Positions 38,571 to 44,273 of a DNA stretch of 44,273 bases are shown in pieces. Source of the stretch: a virus (Duplodnaviria; Caudoviricetes); IMG/VR virus record IMGVR_UViG_3300019754_000008, positions 1 through 44,273 of that record; one strand, given 5' to 3'. The position numbers were made by a program, and so were the translations under genes. The notes under the pieces are model-generated. The model did not search any database. It had not been told where the DNA came from and saw nothing but the letters and a program-made list of their open reading frames with translations. The stretch's first letter is position 1. Each line of letters starts with the position of its first letter.

Positions 38571-38592
38571 ATTATATCATAGTATTTCTTAA
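38571..38592 (-). promoter_or_regulatory. Promoter TTAAGA..TATGATATAAT for the capsid operon
   Basis: Full consensus on the - strand. Confidence 0.8.
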
Positions 38593-38619
38593 ATTAGTAT
38601 TAAATACTAAATACAGCTA

Positions 38620-38925
38620 TTACACTAATTTACTTAAACTGTCTTTAAGTAAATAACCCTCTAAAGCCCAAATCTTTGTACGTGCATTTTCGTACGCAAC
38701 TTGCTTACCTATATCTTCGTCAAAATTTTCTAACGATACAGCAGCAGACTCGCCATTAACTCTAAACCCATTCTCTAATAAAATAGAGCATAAGGTTGTA
38801 GTTGAATTAGGCACTACATGCCAATATACATCTCTAATCTTACTATCTATACTATCTGGTGTTAGCCTAGGTGCATTTAAGCCCTTAGCAACAATTTGCT
38901 CTTCTAATTTATCTTCACTACTCAT
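38620..38925 (-). CDS. N4 gp49/Sf6 gp66 family protein
   Basis: PRLT..T.C..L.NGF.V.GESA.VS.ENFD..IG..A...A..KIW.LEGYLL. Confidence 0.88.
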   Translation of the reverse strand: MSSEDKLEEQIVAKGLNAPRLTPDSIDSKIRDVYWHVVPNSTTTLCSILLENGFRVNGESAAVSLENFDEDIGKQVAYENARTKIWALEGYLLKDSLSKLV

Positions 38926-38952
38926 TGTATATCCTTTATATTATACATTTGT

Positions 38953-40614
38953 TTACATAGCCATGCCACTATGAACATTATTAATCTGCCGTTTTTTAAT
39001 ATTACTTATACCTCCTTGTGCATCTTTACTATACTCTAATCTATACTTAGTCATACCTAGTGCAAAGTATCTCAAGCCATCTGCTAAATGTGAAAACTTA
39101 TCATGCACTGGTTTATCTAAGTATACATCAAGCTTTTCATCGTATGTCTTTCTATAATTCTGAATTGCAGAAATTAAATCTTTACATTTTGAGTCTATAT
39201 ATACATACTTTAGGAACTCTCTAACGGCCGTTATTCCATCAATAATTGATAATTTAGGTATTACTATTGGATTAATTCCTAATGACCTTAGAACCTCTAA
39301 TCGTGTTCTTCCTGTGCCTAGTTCTTTAACTACTATATCGTGAGGAGTGAATGCGTGTCTGAGTGTTACATTATGTTTCTCACACACTGCTCTAACTACT
39401 TTAACATAAAACTCTAAGCCTTCTCCTGTATTACTATAATCTGAAAACATAACATACTTATCACGTTGCTGCTGCCCAAATAGTATAACAAAGTCATCGT
39501 TAACACCTAGGTCAAAAGCTATATCTATTGGTAAATTTGGCAGCAGTTTAAATTCTCCAATACGCCTCATAAGCATTAATTCTTCATACTGCACTCTATA
39601 GTATGTGCCTTCTATACTTTGCTCAAATGCTTCTTGTGGAGTAGCTGGATACTCTTGTTTCATATCATTGCCAAGCTCTATCTTCTTAACTGTGTACCAA
39701 TTTCTTTGTGCTTGTGTAATTGTTATTTCAAGGAGTATCTCTAAATCTCTAAAGTAAGTTTCTAATTCTTTAACTATATATAGTTTGTGATTAGGTACCG
39801 TTGGTGTTTGCTCCATTTGACAATCTGGGTCTTCTAGCCAACTAAGAAATATTGCCTGAAAGTCTAGTGGAGTAAGCTCTGCACCCATCTCTTGTAATGC
39901 TGCTGCAGTTACCCAAGTATCATAAAATAATCCTGCGTTACCTTCTGCAGTTGACTCTATTGTTATCTTACTATTTTTAGATACAGCTTGAAACGCACCA
40001 GTTTTAAGCTCCTTCGCTTTCTCTGGGTACTTCTTACCAATTTTACCAAGCTCAGATACGTGTAGCCCTTGTAGTGTATCACCACGGAAATTACCTATCT
40101 TAAGTATTGACCCATTAGAAAACGTCATACCTTTTGAGTTGTTAGCTACTAATTTTATATCAAGTAAGTCTTTAATATCTTGGTCGAGCTCATCCCACAT
40201 TAATAGTGCTCTTTTAGATAGTTTCTCTGCTTCGTCTTGCCCATATGATTGTATACCAGCTTGGTAACCAGGTTTAGTTATACAATTATCTAAATAGTAT
40301 GCTAAGTAGAGTGTTGAAATACCTTGCTGTCTAGACTTAAGAATAATTTTTTTATTATGTTTAAATTTAGTAAGTATTTTTCTTTGTGCATCATTAAGAC
40401 GCATTATCCTCTTTACACCTTCTTTATCTAATATGGTGTAGTAATTATCAAGCCTAAAAAGCTTACTAGAAAATTTTGTTTCTAAAAACTCTATCTGCTC
40501 ATCACTAAGATTTTGCTCTCGTTGAAGATACTCAGTAGTCATCGCATGACGTGCATCAATCTCTTGTTGTGTTTCTTCATTCAGCTTATTTTTATTTATG
40601 TGTGCATTAGCCAT
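38953..40614 (-). CDS. terL: Terminase large subunit
   Basis: ILKSRQQGIST, LHVSE, ESTAEG, QEYP, DLGVND, HDKFSHLADGLRY. Confidence 0.95.
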   Translation of the reverse strand: MANAHINKNKLNEETQQEIDARHAMTTEYLQREQNLSDEQIEFLETKFSSKLFRLDNYYTILDKEGVKRIMRLNDAQRKILTKFKHNKKIILKSRQQGISTLYLAYYLDNCITKPGYQAGIQSYGQDEAEKLSKRALLMWDELDQDIKDLLDIKLVANNSKGMTFSNGSILKIGNFRGDTLQGLHVSELGKIGKKYPEKAKELKTGAFQAVSKNSKITIESTAEGNAGLFYDTWVTAAALQEMGAELTPLDFQAIFLSWLEDPDCQMEQTPTVPNHKLYIVKELETYFRDLEILLEITITQAQRNWYTVKKIELGNDMKQEYPATPQEAFEQSIEGTYYRVQYEELMLMRRIGEFKLLPNLPIDIAFDLGVNDDFVILFGQQQRDKYVMFSDYSNTGEGLEFYVKVVRAVCEKHNVTLRHAFTPHDIVVKELGTGRTRLEVLRSLGINPIVIPKLSIIDGITAVREFLKYVYIDSKCKDLISAIQNYRKTYDEKLDVYLDKPVHDKFSHLADGLRYFALGMTKYRLEYSKDAQGGISNIKKRQINNVHSGMAM

Positions 40615-40686
40615 TATATATCCAACACTAATGTTATTACTAAAGTATGTAGAGTTACTATTGTAGCTAATATACTACTGAATGTA

Positions 40687-41139
40687 TCAACAGTCATCAG
40701 CATACTTGTTCATAATGTTCTGCACCATAATAGTAACTGTATTACCTGCACCATCTGTCTTAGTTACACTCTTCTCAAGTATATCTACAGTTGATACTAG
40801 ATTTTTTAGCTCTCTTGAGTCAAGCTCATAGTTACTTACAAGTTGTGAGCGTGCTTCCTCTAGTGCTGCTTTTTTAAATGAGTAGATACTAGTAAGAAAG
40901 TCTCCATCTTCATTACTATTTGTTGCAGGTTGTGTTTGCGTTTGTTTAGCAGGAAGTGTTTGTTTAGGCTCGTTTACTACTGTTGATGGAGTAGTTTCTA
41001 GTTCAGTTTCTAGTGCAGTTTCTAGCTCTGGCTCTTTAATATGTGCAAGGTCACTCATACTAATGTTATATTTATCACATAGTTCTGCTTTGGTTATATT
41101 AGTGGCGTAGAATTCTCTTTCGTATAAGTCTGCAAGCAT
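40687..41139 (-). CDS. Terminase small subunit (putative)
   Basis: Upstream of terL; N-terminal HTH-like KAELCDKYNIS; helical C-terminus. Confidence 0.55.
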   Translation of the reverse strand: MLADLYEREFYATNITKAELCDKYNISMSDLAHIKEPELETALETELETTPSTVVNEPKQTLPAKQTQTQPATNSNEDGDFLTSIYSFKKAALEEARSQLVSNYELDSRELKNLVSTVDILEKSVTKTDGAGNTVTIMVQNIMNKYADDC

Positions 41140-41169
41140 GATAACTCCTGTTGATGCTATTAATTGTTT

Positions 41170-41191
41170 ATTATATCATAGTAATTCTTAA
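41170..41191 (-). promoter_or_regulatory. Promoter TTAAGA..TATGATATAAT for the packaging genes
   Basis: Full consensus on the - strand. Confidence 0.8.
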
Positions 41192-41735
41192 TAGTAGTTT
41201 AATGTATTTAGATGATTATAATGTAATTAGATTTTATTTGTTTTAAAATTATTTTGTGTAGCATGTAGTATACACTTAATTGTACTTAGTACAATAAAAT
41301 TACATTTTAGAGTAGTTGAAATTTTGAGGTGTACTAAGTGCGATACATCCTCATATACATAAAAGTACGATGTGACCACCCCCCTTCTGCTATGACGCAC
41401 CAAGTGCCACCAAGACTCACAAAATCTCACTCATAGATTATCTTAATATCTTATTAAAATATAATTTTAATTTATTAAAAAATCTATCTTTAAAGATGCC
41501 GAGGCTATATCATAATAATTCTTAAAAGAATATAAAATATCTTAATTTATCTTACTTTAAGAAAGTTATGATATTTATTTTCATTATATATAAATCAATA
41601 AAAGAATTTAAAATAAAATTTTAATTTACCGAATATTTAAGAAAGAATTAAGATACTTTGGTATATAATTATACTTAAGAAAGGAGATATTCAATCATCT
41701 TTTAATCTATCTCTAAAATAAAATTTTATTTTAGA

Positions 41736-41757
41736 TTAAGATTGATTATGATATAAT
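41736..41757 (+). promoter_or_regulatory. Promoter TTAAGA..TATGATATAAT for the first early genes
   Basis: Full consensus; AAGGA RBS follows. Confidence 0.8.
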
Positions 41758-41785
41758 ATCTTTATAAAAATAAAAAGGATAGAAA

Positions 41786-42217
41786 ATGAAGAAGTCAGAA
41801 CAATGGAAACTAATCAAGGAGCTATGTGCAGAGCACAAGGCCAACAAGAAATTAACTGAGGCACTTGAAAAACTTTTGGCACCTAAAGTAGGAGGTTCTA
41901 CTATTGATAGAAAAGAGCCAATTGTTGAAGATGGTGTCACTAAATTATGGTGTACCAAGTTTTTGAAATACTTACCTGAAAGTGAGTTTAAGGTTTATAA
42001 AGGTAAGCCTCTGCACTTCTGTATCGAGGCAGAAAAAATGTTCAATGAGTTTATGAAAACCACTAAAAAATTAAAAGAAGAAAGAGAGGCTTTAATGACC
42101 TCAATTCTTGATGGTGATTTAGACCTAGAAAAAGGCAGAAAAGAAAAAGCTAGACTTGATAAAAAAATCGAAGATAATGAGGCTCTTAGATTAGGTGACT
42201 ATTCAAAGATGGCTTAG
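41786..42217 (+). CDS. Early protein (paralogue of 9874-10338)
   Basis: LCAEHKA..LAPKVGG motif. Confidence 0.8.
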   Translation: MKKSEQWKLIKELCAEHKANKKLTEALEKLLAPKVGGSTIDRKEPIVEDGVTKLWCTKFLKYLPESEFKVYKGKPLHFCIEAEKMFNEFMKTTKKLKEEREALMTSILDGDLDLEKGRKEKARLDKKIEDNEALRLGDYSKMA

Positions 42218-42220
42218 CTT

Positions 42221-42238
42221 AGGGCACTTCGGTGCTCT
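42221..42238 (+). terminator. cUUCGg hairpin (terminator or processing site)
   Basis: AGGGCAC-TTCG-GTGCTCT directly after the stop codon. Confidence 0.6.
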
Positions 42239-42266
42239 TCACTAAACTATTTTAAAGGATACTAAT

Positions 42267-42458
42267 ATGAATAAGCAACTAAAACTATTAATAGCAGGAC
42301 TACTTGAGTCTGCTTACGAAACTAATATGGCAGAGGCTGAGGTTTTAGAAGCAGATATACTAATTGAAGAGCGAGACTATTGGGTTGAAGAACTAGACGA
42401 ATGGCTTCAAGAAACTAGACAAGACTTAATTGACGGAAAGGACATAAAATGTATTTAG
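42267..42458 (+). CDS. Small, highly acidic early protein
   Basis: ORF with AAGGA RBS; very E/D-rich. Confidence 0.7.
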   Translation: MNKQLKLLIAGLLESAYETNMAEAEVLEADILIEERDYWVEELDEWLQETRQDLIDGKDIKCI

Positions 42459-42685
42459 TAAGTGATAATAGCACACTACCAGAGGTTAGCATTGAGTTAG
42501 TGCAAAAGGCACCAGGTATGTACAAAATAATAGCTAAGAAAAGAATAACAACTAAAGATGTTGTTGGTAAACCAAGTGTAGGTAAAACTATGTACACTAT
42601 TGAAAGGGAGGTTAAAGACTTACATGACTATGTTAGAGTATCTAAACTATTACTAAGACTAGATAATGAGTTTTGGCAAATGTAG
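42449..42685 (+). CDS. Hypothetical protein
   Basis: ORF with AAGGA RBS. Confidence 0.7.
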   Translation: MYLVSDNSTLPEVSIELVQKAPGMYKIIAKKRITTKDVVGKPSVGKTMYTIEREVKDLHDYVRVSKLLLRLDNEFWQM

Positions 42686-42746
42686 GTATTTAAGATAAAC
42701 TAAGACAGTTTTATACTAAATTTATAGATTTGGCAACTAAATTAGG

Positions 42747-42924
42747 TGATATTCTTAAAATTTTCTTAAAAACGGTCTAAATATATCATAAATATCATAA
42801 ATTCACTTAAATATCATAAATATCTTACTAATACTGGTAAAAGAGTTGAGCTAACTCAGGAGGTTGATATTTATGATATTTATGATATATTTAGACCGTT
42901 TTTAAGAAAATTTTAAGAATATCA
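42747..42924. repeat. 56-bp perfect inverted repeat (42747-42802 / 42869-42924) with 66-bp spacer; candidate origin
   Basis: Arms checked base by base as exact reverse complements. Confidence 0.92.
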
Positions 42925-42976
42925 AGTGATTTAACTACCACTTAGTATATTTTAGTAAAGTAAAGCCGCTTTGTGT

Positions 42977-43016
42977 CTACTAAGTACTACTAAGTACTAC
43001 TAAGTACTACTAAGTA
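42977..43016 (+). repeat. Tandem repeat (CTACTAAGTA)x4
   Basis: Four exact 10-bp units. Confidence 0.95.
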
Positions 43017-43054
43017 AAGACATCAACAAACAAATAAACAAATAAGGAAACAAA

Positions 43055-43384
43055 ATGGAACTAGCACCAGAAGTATCATCACTAATAGTAGGCACATCAA
43101 GAGATATTGCTAAAAATATTGCAACTACAGATTTCGAAAGTAGCAAAGCACAGAAACATGCAAAAATAGTTATGGTTTTATGTGCTTCTGTAACTGCACC
43201 TCTTGCAATAGTAATGTCAGAAGTTGTAGGTATAGAAATGAATGATGCTGAACTAGTAAAGTATTTAGCATCACATATAGCAGAAGAAAACATAGATGAA
43301 ATAGCTACTAATACTACTATGGCAATGTTTGAGTCTATGCTAGAAAGCAAAGTAAGAGGCAAAAAACTTAAAATATTTGAGTAA
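43055..43384 (+). CDS. Hypothetical protein
   Basis: ORF with AAGGA RBS. Confidence 0.7.
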   Translation: MELAPEVSSLIVGTSRDIAKNIATTDFESSKAQKHAKIVMVLCASVTAPLAIVMSEVVGIEMNDAELVKYLASHIAEENIDEIATNTTMAMFESMLESKVRGKKLKIFE

Positions 43385-43390
43385 CACAAT

Positions 43391-43418
43391 GTGTAGCTAG
43401 GCATAACTCTAGCTACAC
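43391..43418 (+). other. Intergenic hairpin GTGTAGCTAG-8nt-CTAGCTACAC
   Basis: Perfect 10-bp stem after the stop codon. Confidence 0.65.
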
Positions 43419-43476
43419 CACACCAAAACCATTTAAGAAAAATTAAAGAATTTTTTAATTATATTTTAATTATAAT

Positions 43477-43487
43477 TATGATATAAT
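43477..43487 (+). promoter_or_regulatory. Extended -10 promoter TATGATATAAT for the HTH/primase operon
   Basis: Conserved motif. Confidence 0.75.
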
Positions 43488-43520
43488 TAAAGAATTACAG
43501 AATTACAAATAAGGCATACA

Positions 43521-43712
43521 ATGACATACCAAGAATTAATTAAAGCATACAAAGCAGAAGCTAACCAAATATTAAAACACAAGCTTCTTATAAGGTACAA
43601 AGATATTCTTATAACTCAAACTGCATATAAACAACAAAAGGAAATTGCACAAGACTTAGAGATAACAACATCTAAACTCTCAAACACTATACAAATACTA
43701 AAGGCATTATAA
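43521..43712 (+). CDS. Small HTH DNA-binding protein
   Basis: QQKEIAQDLEITTSKLSNTI. Confidence 0.7.
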   Translation: MTYQELIKAYKAEANQILKHKLLIRYKDILITQTAYKQQKEIAQDLEITTSKLSNTIQILKAL

Positions 43713-44273
43713 TGCAAATAGTATCAACAGCTATTCTTAGTACTAAGCATAAGCTAACAGATAAAGCATCTAAAGATATTCTAGCACATTTATACCCACT
43801 AAGTAAATGGCAACAAAGCTCTGATACTTCAACATTGCACGATATGCACCTAAGACCAGAATTATTAGTAATAAGAACTGATAATATACTTATAATAGAC
43901 TTTGATGATGATATAGCATTTCACAGGGCACTAACATACAATGAGTTACTACCTGCCCCACAACAATGTTCTTATATAGTTAAGTCATCTAGGCAAGGTG
44001 GGCATATGTACTATGCTTACACTGATGATATAAAAGAGCAACTGCCACTTCCTGCACTTCATACTAAGCAGAGTCTTATTGACTTACTGCACGGTAAAGG
44101 GCACAATGCTATAGCACCATCACAAGGAGATACTTCAAAGAGTATACTGCACTCAACATTAGCATCTGATGAAGAAGTATTATTGGACTCAACAAAGCAG
44201 ACACACCTCAACGCATATAACATACTGATACATACATTAGTAACTAATATGGTTAATGATGCAGTGCCACCGA
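43712..44273 (+). CDS. N-terminal AEP primase-polymerase domain (absent from ORF track); continues into 1-1718
   Basis: Hand translation gives ILIIDFD (DxD), KSSRQGGHMYY, IDLL..G..AIAPS; no stop before the window end. Confidence 0.85.
   Translation, partial: MQIVSTAILSTKHKLTDKASKDILAHLYPLSKWQQSSDTSTLHDMHLRPELLVIRTDNILIIDFDDDIAFHRALTYNELLPAPQQCSYIVKSSRQGGHMYYAYTDDIKEQLPLPALHTKQSLIDLLHGKGHNAIAPSQGDTSKSILHSTLASDEEVLLDSTKQTHLNAYNILIHTLVTNMVNDAVPP

Larger units (their letters stand above)
1..44273. mobile_element. Complete or near-complete tailed dsDNA phage genome (podovirus-like, probably lytic), circularly permuted
   Basis: Terminase, portal, capsid, tail, lysis and replication genes lie in two opposed arms. 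No host genes or integrase seen. One ORF runs in frame across the window ends. Confidence 0.93.

Noticed and set aside
41227-41430. 67-aa minus-strand ORF in the control region
   Set aside because: No convincing RBS and atypical composition; treated as non-coding, though not excluded
42449-42685. Walker A-like GKPSVGKT as the missing nucleotide kinase
   Set aside because: 78 aa is too short, the motif is mid-protein and there is no supporting fold; probably chance
42977-43016. Tandem repeat as a CRISPR array
   Set aside because: 10-bp units with no spacers and no cas genes
1-44273. Prophage or temperate lifestyle, tRNAs, alternative genetic code
   Set aside because: No integrase, att-flanked host genes or tRNA-like sequence recognised; genes are intact in the standard code and use all three stop codons

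Overview
Apparently complete, circularly permuted ~44.3 kb AT-rich tailed-phage genome with podovirus-type structural genes. No integrase, RNA polymerase, tRNA or CRISPR array was seen. The reading frame at 43712-44273 continues in frame into 1-1718, giving a single primase-polymerase/helicase gene. The + strand arm (41786-44273, then 1-21336) holds many small early genes and the replication genes: Dda-like helicase, SSB, family A polymerase, 5'-3' exonuclease, ligase, VRR-NUC nuclease and SF2 helicase. The - strand arm (41139-21352) holds terminase, scaffold, capsid, tail, lysis, ejection and portal genes. Promoters (TTAAGA-N4-5-TATGATATAAT) and AAGGA ribosome-binding sites suggest a Campylobacterota host (inference). 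The highlight is a T4-like cytosine-modification cluster in the polymerase operon: a gp42-like dCMP hydroxymethylase, a compact beta-glucosyltransferase homologue, a DUF6378-like protein, a MazG protein and a radical SAM enzyme with an auxiliary Cys domain. This is a candidate for an undescribed cytosine hypermodification. Other oddities are a 100-aa Zn-ribbon protein carrying an isolated PolA motif B, a 56-bp perfect inverted repeat beside 10-bp tandem repeats (candidate origin), a tail-nozzle gene fused to a 394-aa extension, a portal gene far from the terminase, and apparent GATC/GAWTC avoidance. All homology calls come from motifs recognised by eye; no searches were run.
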